NCBI GenBank assembly: GCA_963666285.1
Contig: OY762711.1
Source of the DNA: Sedimentisphaerales bacterium
GTDB taxonomy: Bacteria; Planctomycetota; Phycisphaerae; Sedimentisphaerales; SM23-30
DNA: 64,000 nt
Direction: 5' to 3' (one strand)
The position numbers and the translations under genes are program-made. Shown here in pieces: positions 40,372-49,410 of this stretch. Under the pieces are notes generated by a model. The model saw only the letters and a program-made list of their open reading frames with translations. It ran no database searches and was not told the origin of the DNA. Every line of letters starts with the position of its first letter. Position 1 is the stretch's first letter.

Positions 40372-42096
40372 ATGAATGATAATAAGCTAATAAATGAAAT
40401 ATCACTGCTGATTTCCTATTCGATTGAAGGAGATATAACAGAAGAGCAGTTCAGCCAGCTGGAGCAGATACTAAAGAGCTCGCAGCAAGGTCGTGAATAT
40501 TATTATCGAATAATGTCAACTCATGCGTCACTGAGTGATTCCAAAAATGTTACCCTGCTGAGAAATAAGAAAGAGCGAGAGGCAGATTTTGAGGTTTTGA
40601 ACGAGCTTCTTGCAATTGAAACGAACTCGCCATCAATTGAGTTGCCGAAACCGGTCAAGCCGGAAGCCGTTTCAGAGATTACAGAGCAGGAAATCGAAGA
40701 AAATAAAAAGAAATTACGTTTTTATCATAGAATAAAAGTCCTGGTTTCAGTTGCCGCGGTACTTATCCTTGCAGTTATGATGCTGAATACGGTATTGGAG
40801 CCGGTTGAAATAGCAACAGTTACAAATAGTCTAAATACCACATTGTCAACGGGCGAAGAAATGACCAGTGGTATCCGCCTGATAAAAAGCGATTCGGTTT
40901 TCAGGCTTAAAAGAGGTTTGCTGGAATTAACCTATGACTGTGATGCGAGGATTATAATAGAATCTCCGGCAACCTTTAGTGTAGTTAGCGGTAAGAGCCT
41001 GAAATTGGATTCCGGTCGCATATATCTTGAGGCCTTATCAAAAGAAGCCAAAGGATTTACGATAATAACACCGAATTCTGATGTCATAGATCTTGGTACA
41101 GAGTTCGGTGTAGTGGTAGACCAGAATGGTATAAGTGAAGTTCATATGACCAAAGGTTCGGCAACCCTGAAATCTAAGATCCATCAAAAACAGCCGGTCA
41201 GCGAGACATTGATAGCCGGTCATGCCGGCCGGGTAGATTATACCGGCAAGATCGAAAAAGTTGAAGTTAAAGCGACAGGTTTTGTCCGCAGATTTGATGA
41301 GGCAAGCGGTGTAGTCTGGCGTGGCCAGGATCTGAGTCTGGCAGATATGATAGCCGGCGGTAATGGCCTTGGCGATGGATTTAAACAGGCCGCTCTTGAC
41401 CCATCGAACGGTAAGTTAATACCTTGGCAGTTAGCATTGGGTCGGCAAGGTGACGGTAATTACAAAGCCGTTATTGAGAATGACTATATTGACGGAGTGT
41501 TTGTCCCGGATGGCGGAGAAGGGCCGGTAGCGGTAAGTTCTCAAGGGCATTCCTGGAAAGCTCCCGACACATCGGGTGCATATAAATTTAATATAGCAAG
41601 TTCGTTAAGGTTTTTGGAGGATATCTCAGGTATTCCAATAGGAAATAATAAATCCGATCAGATGCTGGCGGAATCGCTCCATGGGCAAAAGCCTGTTCAA
41701 ATGGTAGTACCGGAGGCATGGGATAAATTGGATACCGCTCAACATTCCAGTATTTTTATGCATTCCAATCTCGGAATAACCTATGACCTTGAAAGGCTCA
41801 GGAAGGTTGTTTCAGGGCATCGGATATCAAATTTTGTAAGTAAATTTGGTGTTATGGAAAAGTATATGCATTTGGAAGGTGTCAAGATAACCGGCATGCA
41901 TCTTGATCTATGGGTACTCGTAGATGGTGAAATTAAGTATTCGGCAAAGGATGTAGACGCAACGAAACTGTTTGATATTGATATTGATATCAGCGAATCT
42001 GACAAGTTTCTTTCATTGGTTGTCACGCAAGGCAAAGATGATTATGCTTTTGACTGGGGGTTATTTGTTGACCCGATTTTAAAACTTGAAAAATAA
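40372..42096 (+). CDS. FecR-type anti-sigma factor with C-terminal NPCBM/NEW2-like domain (likely ATG 40372)
   Basis: TM, GFTIITPNSDVIDLGTEFGV; MHSNLGITYDL...VLVDG...FLSLVVT...DWGLFVDPIL. Confidence 0.88.
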   Translation: MNDNKLINEISLLISYSIEGDITEEQFSQLEQILKSSQQGREYYYRIMSTHASLSDSKNVTLLRNKKEREADFEVLNELLAIETNSPSIELPKPVKPEAVSEITEQEIEENKKKLRFYHRIKVLVSVAAVLILAVMMLNTVLEPVEIATVTNSLNTTLSTGEEMTSGIRLIKSDSVFRLKRGLLELTYDCDARIIIESPATFSVVSGKSLKLDSGRIYLEALSKEAKGFTIITPNSDVIDLGTEFGVVVDQNGISEVHMTKGSATLKSKIHQKQPVSETLIAGHAGRVDYTGKIEKVEVKATGFVRRFDEASGVVWRGQDLSLADMIAGGNGLGDGFKQAALDPSNGKLIPWQLALGRQGDGNYKAVIENDYIDGVFVPDGGEGPVAVSSQGHSWKAPDTSGAYKFNIASSLRFLEDISGIPIGNNKSDQMLAESLHGQKPVQMVVPEAWDKLDTAQHSSIFMHSNLGITYDLERLRKVVSGHRISNFVSKFGVMEKYMHLEGVKITGMHLDLWVLVDGEIKYSAKDVDATKLFDIDIDISESDKFLSLVVTQGKDDYAFDWGLFVDPILKLEK

Positions 42097-42402
42097 GTAT
42101 TGTTTTTTTCTTTTCTGATTATATTATAAAGAGTACAGGTTAAATCAAAATCATTTATGAAATATGGCAAGTTAAGGAAATAGAGAATTCTAATTTTAAA
42201 TTTTCCTGTTTATTTTAAATATTCTAACTGACTATCAGTTTTTTGATATGTATTTGGTATTAATTTTAAAAGTTCATTCTGATATTATTTATTGTTAATT
42301 AATTATCTAATAAGGTTTTCGTGTATATAAGAAATCTTTAATATTGTTACAAAGTATAGAAACCTGGATTTATTAACCATCTTTATTAGTGGAGGTCGTA
42401 CA

Positions 42403-45400
42403 ATGAGAAAAGTACACAAGTGTTTATTAGCTATTTTATTGTGCCTGTCGCTGCAGTGCGTAGTAACTGCGGCAGTATGGGAGATTTCACCCTGGACAGA
42501 TGATGCATCTTCCGGCATCGATTCGTCAAAGACTTATACCCATACAATCAATTTTTCGTACCAAACAGCCCCGACTGTGAATGGGGTAGAATTTGTTCTT
42601 TGTTGGGGAAGTTTTGCGAATGGATCGGCAAATGGTGGTGGATGGATTGACTGGGATGATGGTAATAATGTTGCGGGTGACAGTTACGAGTTGAGCAGGG
42701 ATTTCCATTATGGTAACACTTCGTTTGTTCTGTCAGGCCTAACTCCTGGTGGTGTATATGAATTAACATTTTTCAGTACTGCCTGGGAAGACGGTACCCG
42801 TACGGTTACACTAACAGATCAATATGGTACTTTTACATTCAATCAGGATGAATATGGCAACAACAATGGTATCAAGATTGTTGGTATTTATACTGCAGAT
42901 GCCGACGGTAAGCTTAATTTAACCACAGTTGGAGATTTTCATATTTATGCGTTTGCTAACTGTGAATACACCGGTGATTTGCCAGTTGTTGTTAACCCGG
43001 TTAGTCCGGATGATTTTGAAGGCGGTAATCGTTTCCCGACAGATACCGCTCTTACCTGGGCAGAAGAATTTGCCGGTAGTCTGCCAAATCCGGCGTTTGA
43101 TGTTTATTTTTCCACTGATGAAGCCATGGTAACCTCAATGGATTCTGAAGCACTGGTAAGTGCCAAGCAGGCAGAGTATAGCTATAGCCCGACTCTGGAT
43201 CCAAATGCTCTTTATTATTGGAGAGTTGCCACATATTCTGATACGGCAGATGTCGATCCAAACCAAATTACAGCTGTTAGAGCACTAAGAACAGTTTATG
43301 AGGAAGAACACTGGACAGATTCATCCTGGACTGATGACTCAGATTCAGGTATCAGTACCGGTAAGGTTTATACTCATAAAGTAAACTTTAACTCAACTGA
43401 ATCAGCCAAGACCCTGGTAAATGGCGTTTACTTTGAAAATGACGGCGACTACTCAGGTTCTGACTGGTCTTTGGCCGGAGCTGGAAGTGGTACCGGGCAA
43501 AGTCACAATATAGCCGGTGACGGCGGAACGCTGGTTACAAATATGTACTATGGTGCAGATGCGGTATTAACTCTTACCGGTCTGACACCGGGCGAAGATT
43601 ACGTATTTACCAAGTACGTTCAGGGCTGGGGCGATCCAAAAGGTCGTCTGGTACAATTTATTACCAGTGCTGACAACCGTACCACTACACTGGATGGAAA
43701 TATTGACGGTAACGGCAACGGTCATCTGTTTAAATATGCTTATACCGCACCTGCTTCAGGTGAGCTGGTAGTCACATTTGAGCCTCTAAGTTCCAATGAC
43801 ACATGGCATCATTATGCTTTCAGTAATGAAATAGCGGTTCCTGCTTACCTGGATCCAACACCGCTTCCAGGTGCAAGTGTAAGCTATGATGTTGAGCTTA
43901 GCTGGGAATTGAATGGTGATGTAGTTAACCCAACCTATAATTTGAAAGTGGCAACAGATGAGGCAATGACAAATCTGGCTGTTAACCAAACAGGTTTGTC
44001 AGCTACAGCTTTGACACCGTATCTTGCTAATGATACCGAATATTACTGGCAGGTAGAGATAGTTGAAGATGGTGGTTCGGTTATTTATACCAGCCCGGTA
44101 TGGAGCTTTATAACCACACCTCCGCAGGATGCCTTGAAGGTTATCGAATGGAAGTTTGATGAAACTACCGGCACAATAGCCGAGCAGACAGGTCCGACAG
44201 AAGATGCTGATGGTATCCTGGTTGGTTTTAATGATCCTAATACTCCTGGCGTATCACATGTTGCCGGTCTGGTAAATAACGGCCTGTATTTGAACGGCAG
44301 GGATGAGTATGTTGACGTGAGCAATGCTTATGTTTATATGCCGACAGCCGCGGGTCAATCATTTGCGATTTCCGGTTACATTCGTACATTTGATAATTAC
44401 GGTCCTATTTTCTCAATGCGTAATTCAGACGATGAGAATCCTATCATTGATATTGCCCTGGGTGCTGACGGTGTTCAGACTCAGTCAGGTAAGATCTGTG
44501 TGCTGGTTCGTGATGATAATTACTCAATGAGTAATATGAATTCCGGTATCAAAGTTAATGACGGCCGCTGGCATAACTTTATTGTTACCCGTATTGGTGA
44601 CAAATGGACTCTTTATGTTGACGGAGAATCTCGTGCAGTTATCAATGGTGCTGCAACCGGAAATGTTGATCTGAACCTTATGGCAATCGGAACATCACTT
44701 CGCTGGATCATGGATGGCTGGGGTATTTCAAATAGTGTATTAAGAGATTTCCATGGTATTATGGATGAGTTTGCAATATGGGACGGCGAGCTTCTGCCAA
44801 GTCAGATTGCAGCACTTGCATCTATAGTTCCGGGTCAGGGTGATGTAGACTTTGATATGGATACAGATATCGATGACCTGGCCGGATTGACATCAAACTG
44901 GCTGGCTGATACCACTACTGAAGTTCAGGCTGATGCAGTTCTTGAAGATATGGAAACCTATGCAGACGGTCAGGAATCAGTTTCAGCAAACTGGCCATAT
45001 ACAGCGGAAGATGATTTTGGTGACCTCGTTCTGACAGTTATTCCAGATCCAAATCTGCCAAGTCACGGCCAGATTTTGAAGATGGACTATGACTTCAGCA
45101 CTGGTGGACTGCATGCTCATATTCCTGTTGAACTTCCTAATCGTGGTGTAGCTCTTGGTCTTTACGATCAGATGGATATTACCCTGAAGAAACTTCCGGG
45201 CTGTGATATTTCAGATATTATCCTTGATATATATGACGCTCGCGGCAAAGTGAATCCGACAGAGGATGATCTGTATAATATAGGTCGTATAACTATTGGA
45301 ATTTCTGATATTGCTGTTAATGAATGGGTAACTGTCAGTGGTGCTATTCCTGATACTGAAGACATGGAAAGCTGTTCGGATCTTTACCTGATATCGTTCT

Positions 45401-45579
45401 CTATTCAGGATGGCGGCGAAGATATTGGCAGTATGTATATTGACAGTATGGTTCTAACCGACGCGACAGAGGACTGTGTCCCTGAGATCGGCCAGATGAT
45501 ACCGGACTTCAATGGTGACTGTACTGTGAATCTGACTGATTTCGCTGATATTGCTGAAGGCTGGTTAAGTTCTAACTAA
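42403..45579 (+). CDS. Secreted protein: two copies of unnamed domain Y, FN3-like, LamG, split dockerin-like tail around a CBM-like domain
   Basis: GGAGG RBS, signal peptide; WTDDASSGI..YTH.INF and WTDDSDSGI..YTH.VNF; NDGRWHN; two DxxxD..WL motifs. Confidence 0.88.
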   Translation: MRKVHKCLLAILLCLSLQCVVTAAVWEISPWTDDASSGIDSSKTYTHTINFSYQTAPTVNGVEFVLCWGSFANGSANGGGWIDWDDGNNVAGDSYELSRDFHYGNTSFVLSGLTPGGVYELTFFSTAWEDGTRTVTLTDQYGTFTFNQDEYGNNNGIKIVGIYTADADGKLNLTTVGDFHIYAFANCEYTGDLPVVVNPVSPDDFEGGNRFPTDTALTWAEEFAGSLPNPAFDVYFSTDEAMVTSMDSEALVSAKQAEYSYSPTLDPNALYYWRVATYSDTADVDPNQITAVRALRTVYEEEHWTDSSWTDDSDSGISTGKVYTHKVNFNSTESAKTLVNGVYFENDGDYSGSDWSLAGAGSGTGQSHNIAGDGGTLVTNMYYGADAVLTLTGLTPGEDYVFTKYVQGWGDPKGRLVQFITSADNRTTTLDGNIDGNGNGHLFKYAYTAPASGELVVTFEPLSSNDTWHHYAFSNEIAVPAYLDPTPLPGASVSYDVELSWELNGDVVNPTYNLKVATDEAMTNLAVNQTGLSATALTPYLANDTEYYWQVEIVEDGGSVIYTSPVWSFITTPPQDALKVIEWKFDETTGTIAEQTGPTEDADGILVGFNDPNTPGVSHVAGLVNNGLYLNGRDEYVDVSNAYVYMPTAAGQSFAISGYIRTFDNYGPIFSMRNSDDENPIIDIALGADGVQTQSGKICVLVRDDNYSMSNMNSGIKVNDGRWHNFIVTRIGDKWTLYVDGESRAVINGAATGNVDLNLMAIGTSLRWIMDGWGISNSVLRDFHGIMDEFAIWDGELLPSQIAALASIVPGQGDVDFDMDTDIDDLAGLTSNWLADTTTEVQADAVLEDMETYADGQESVSANWPYTAEDDFGDLVLTVIPDPNLPSHGQILKMDYDFSTGGLHAHIPVELPNRGVALGLYDQMDITLKKLPGCDISDIILDIYDARGKVNPTEDDLYNIGRITIGISDIAVNEWVTVSGAIPDTEDMESCSDLYLISFSIQDGGEDIGSMYIDSMVLTDATEDCVPEIGQMIPDFNGDCTVNLTDFADIAEGWLSSN

Positions 45580-45607
45580 TTCTTTAAGTAGTAATAAATA
45601 GTAATAC

Positions 45608-45642
45608 AGCTGGCAGGGGTGAGAAATTGTCCCTGCCAGTTT
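45608..45642 (+). terminator. Terminator-like hairpin
   Basis: agctggcaggg...ccctgccagttt. Confidence 0.7.
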
Positions 45643-45921
45643 ATTATATACCGCCGGGTGTAGCGGTTTTGATATTAGAGCAGTTTAATTTTTATGATTC
45701 GCGTCACTTTGTGGCGTGTTCGCTTTTTGCCTATTGCGGCTTCGGCTGATTTCATCAAAAAATAAAGTGCTCTGGAAAATAGAAGTAGAAAGTATTTGCT
45801 TATAGATCCATAACCAGGATTTTGGGCATGAGAGTTGAAGGTATTGATTCATACTGTAGATATTAATTGCATTATGTATGAATCATAAGATTATTAATCA
45901 ATTATCTAATGGAGACTTTTG

Positions 45922-48900
45922 ATGAAGCGTCAAGCATTTATATGGCTAGCGGTATTGAATTTGTTTGTTTCAGGGATCATTTTCCAGGATGCGGCATCGG
46001 CAGCGGAGCTGGAGGCGGGATATTTACGGTGTGAATATCGCGTGGACCCGCTTGGAATCGATGTGTTGAATCCCAGGTTGAGCTGGGTGTTAGAGTCTGA
46101 CCAGAGAGGTCAGGGGCAGAGTGCTTACCAGGTGCTGGCAGCTTCAACATTAGATAAACTTGAGCAGGGCCAGGGCGACCTGTGGAATTCCGGGAAAGTC
46201 AGTAGTGACGAGACGGCAGCAGTTAAGTATGCCGGTTCGACACTTACATCTCACCAGGAATGTTTCTGGAAGGTCAGGGTATGGGATAAAGACGGTACAG
46301 ATTGCGGCTGGAGCAGTCCGGCGAAATGGTCTATGGGGCTATTGCAAAGTTCAGATTGGCAGGCACGCTGGATAGGTTATGACCCGGCAGAAGCAGATCT
46401 GACAGTTCCGGATATTGTCAAGCAGGCTAACTGGATCTGGTCTGATGCCAATGCAGAGCAAGGTACGGAAGTTGGAGACAGGTTTTTCAGATATACATTT
46501 GATATTCCCGCAGGCAGTCAGATTGACAGTGCGATGTGTTATATAACCTGTGATGACGGCTTTGAGTTATTCGTTAACGGTCAGTCGGCCAAGGACGGTA
46601 CAAGTCACAGTATTCTGCACAAGGCAGATCTTATCAGTTTTTTGAAAAGCGGCAGCAACGTACTGGCAGTTCGCGGCACAAATAATGGGACCTCAAATAA
46701 TCCAGCGGCATTGCTGGCAGCCATGGAAGTGAAGTTAGTGAGCGGTGCGACAGTTCAGGTTGTTACAAACAGCCAGTGGAAGGCAAAACTGCAGGAAGCC
46801 GATGGCTGGAATAGAAATGATTATGATGATTCGCTATGGGGTAATGCATATACGTTTGGCAATTACGGTAACTCTACCTGGGGCAGCCCGTCAATTCAGC
46901 ATCTGCCGCCATCCCGCTATCTGCGAAACGAATGGACTTTGGCTGACAAAGAAATCAAGAGAGCAGTTCTTTATGTAACGGCATTAGGTAATTACGAAGT
47001 TTATGTAAACGGTCAGCGTGTAACCAATGATTATTTTTCACCCGGCTGGACAGATTATACCAGAAGGGTATATTATCGAACCTATGAAATAACCGATACA
47101 TTACAGAATGGTGATAATGCTATTGGCGCTGTTCTGGCCGATGGCTGGTATGCCGGTTATGTAGGCTATGCCAGGGAGCGAAATCATTATGGCGAAAAAT
47201 TACGGCTGGCCTGCCATGTAAATGTTGAATATGCCGACGGCAGCCGCCAGGTTGTTGGTTCCGGTACAGACTGGAAAGCGTCCCTTGGTCCGCTGGCATA
47301 TGCAGATTTTCTGCAGGGTGAATATTATGATGCCCGCAAGGAGCTGACCGGCTGGGACTACCCCGGTTATGATGATACCGGCTGGGAGCCGGTTGTGGCC
47401 GGGACTGACGAGGTTAGCCCGCAAGTTCAGGCGGCAGTGTCAGAGCCGGTAGTAGTTTATGCCGAGGTTAAGCCAATATCTGTAGCGGAACCCGAATCTG
47501 GAACATATGTATTCAATATGGGTCAGAACTTTGCCGGTTTTGTCCGTTTGAAGATATCAGGTCAGGCCGGTCAGAAGATTCAGCTTAGACATGCCGAAAG
47601 ACTTAACCCGGACGGAACAATTTATACCACAAACCTTCGCAGCGCGTCGGCGACCGATACCTATATATGTAAAGGTGATGGAGTTGAAATCTGGCAGCCA
47701 TACTTTACCTTCCATGGTTTTCAGTATGTCGAGTTGACAGGTGTTGATTCGACTCCTTCGCTGGATGCCGTTACCGGTCTGGCTGTCAGTAGTGACACAC
47801 CAGTAGTTGGTACTTTCGAGTGTTCAGACAAGATGGTAAATAAGATCCAGCAGAATGCATTGTGGACCCAGCGGATGAACTTTATTGATATTCCGACTGA
47901 CTGTCCGCAGCGTGATGAAAGACTTGGCTGGACTGGTGATGCTCAGGTATATATCAATACTGCATGCTACCAGACAGATGTCCAGGCGTTCTTTACCAAG
48001 TGGATTACCGATCTGAACGATGCTCAGCGTGAGGATGGCCAGTTCCCAACGGTTGCTCCTTTGAAAGTTTCCGGTGGAGACGGCGGTCCGGCCTGGGCTG
48101 ATGCCGGTGTTATCTGTCCGTGGACTATTTACAAGATGTACGGCGATAAGCAGATAATAGCGAACAGTTATGAACCGATGAAGCAATTTATCGCATTCTG
48201 TAAGAACCGCTGCACCAGCGAGCTGCTGCCTCCGAGCAGTTTCCACTGTTTTGGTGACTGGGTGAATATCAACGATAATACGCCAAACGAAGTTATCTTT
48301 ATGGCATATTTCGGTTACAGTACAAACCTGCTGGCCCAGATGGCCGAGGTTCTGGGATATACTGCTGATGCCGCGGAATATCGTGATTTATTCGAGCAGA
48401 TTAAGACTTCGTTCAATAATGCTTATGTTGCGGATGATGGTAAGATCAATGGTGACAGTCAGTGTGCGTATGTTCTGGCGATTGCCTATGACCTGCTGGA
48501 TGAAGATACTCAGAAGCTGGCAGCCAAACACCTGGTCAGACGTATTAAGGAATGCAACTGGCATCTTTCAACCGGTTTTGTAGGGACAAAAGACCTTATG
48601 CTGGCATTAGCCAAGATAGATCGTAATGATATTGCTTACCGCCTGCTGCATAATGAGACATTCCCGTCATGGGGTTTCTCTATTAAAAATGGAGCGACCT
48701 CGATCTGGGAACGATGGAACGGCTGGACCCCGGAAGACGGTTTTAACGATCCGGGTATGAACTCGTTTGCTCATTATTCATTTGGTGCGGTATGCCAGTG
48801 GATGTTTGAAAATATCGGTGGTATCAAGCCGGGCAGTGCCGGGTTTGGGGAAGTTGTTATCAAGCCGGAGCCGGATGATAAGATAAAATGGGCTAATGTA

Positions 48901-49410
48901 ACCTACAATTCTATTCGTGGTCCGATTGAGTCATCCTGGAAAGTGACCGGTTCGAATTTCGAATGTAAGGTAGCAGTGCCGGCCGGTACTACGGCGACCG
49001 TGTATATAATGGCTAATGATCCGGAAGAAGTAACCGAATCAGGGCTGAAAGCAAAGAATTCAGACGGTGTGAGCTACGTTGGTTTTGACGGCAAGTTTGC
49101 TATCTTCGAGGTAGTTTCAGGCAGCTATACCTTTAATTCAAAGATTAAATGGAAAGTGTCGGCCTGGTCTGGTGATGAGGATTCCGGTATAAGTGTTGGT
49201 AAAGTATACACGCATACGGTAAACCTTAATGCCGATGAATCGCTAAGTACCGTAGTAAATGGTGTAGTTTTTGAAAATGATAACGATCGCCAGGGTGATA
49301 ACTGGTATCTGTCAGGAGCACCTTATACTCATAGCTCGGCTCAGAGTGCTGTTGATGGTGAATCCGGAGGGATGCTGACAGATTTTTTTACTTTGAGCCT
49401 GCTCAGCTGA
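45922..49410 (+). CDS. Secreted GH78 alpha-L-rhamnosidase (0-frame part; continues in the -1 frame to 51407)
   Basis: LRCEYRVDPLGID, GQNFAG, FTFHGFQY, IPTDCPQRDERLGWTGD, GATSIWERW, MNSFAHY. Confidence 0.94.
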   Translation: MKRQAFIWLAVLNLFVSGIIFQDAASAAELEAGYLRCEYRVDPLGIDVLNPRLSWVLESDQRGQGQSAYQVLAASTLDKLEQGQGDLWNSGKVSSDETAAVKYAGSTLTSHQECFWKVRVWDKDGTDCGWSSPAKWSMGLLQSSDWQARWIGYDPAEADLTVPDIVKQANWIWSDANAEQGTEVGDRFFRYTFDIPAGSQIDSAMCYITCDDGFELFVNGQSAKDGTSHSILHKADLISFLKSGSNVLAVRGTNNGTSNNPAALLAAMEVKLVSGATVQVVTNSQWKAKLQEADGWNRNDYDDSLWGNAYTFGNYGNSTWGSPSIQHLPPSRYLRNEWTLADKEIKRAVLYVTALGNYEVYVNGQRVTNDYFSPGWTDYTRRVYYRTYEITDTLQNGDNAIGAVLADGWYAGYVGYARERNHYGEKLRLACHVNVEYADGSRQVVGSGTDWKASLGPLAYADFLQGEYYDARKELTGWDYPGYDDTGWEPVVAGTDEVSPQVQAAVSEPVVVYAEVKPISVAEPESGTYVFNMGQNFAGFVRLKISGQAGQKIQLRHAERLNPDGTIYTTNLRSASATDTYICKGDGVEIWQPYFTFHGFQYVELTGVDSTPSLDAVTGLAVSSDTPVVGTFECSDKMVNKIQQNALWTQRMNFIDIPTDCPQRDERLGWTGDAQVYINTACYQTDVQAFFTKWITDLNDAQREDGQFPTVAPLKVSGGDGGPAWADAGVICPWTIYKMYGDKQIIANSYEPMKQFIAFCKNRCTSELLPPSSFHCFGDWVNINDNTPNEVIFMAYFGYSTNLLAQMAEVLGYTADAAEYRDLFEQIKTSFNNAYVADDGKINGDSQCAYVLAIAYDLLDEDTQKLAAKHLVRRIKECNWHLSTGFVGTKDLMLALAKIDRNDIAYRLLHNETFPSWGFSIKNGATSIWERWNGWTPEDGFNDPGMNSFAHYSFGAVCQWMFENIGGIKPGSAGFGEVVIKPEPDDKIKWANVTYNSIRGPIESSWKVTGSNFECKVAVPAGTTATVYIMANDPEEVTESGLKAKNSDGVSYVGFDGKFAIFEVVSGSYTFNSKIKWKVSAWSGDEDSGISVGKVYTHTVNLNADESLSTVVNGVVFENDNDRQGDNWYLSGAPYTHSSAQSAVDGESGGMLTDFFTLSLLS

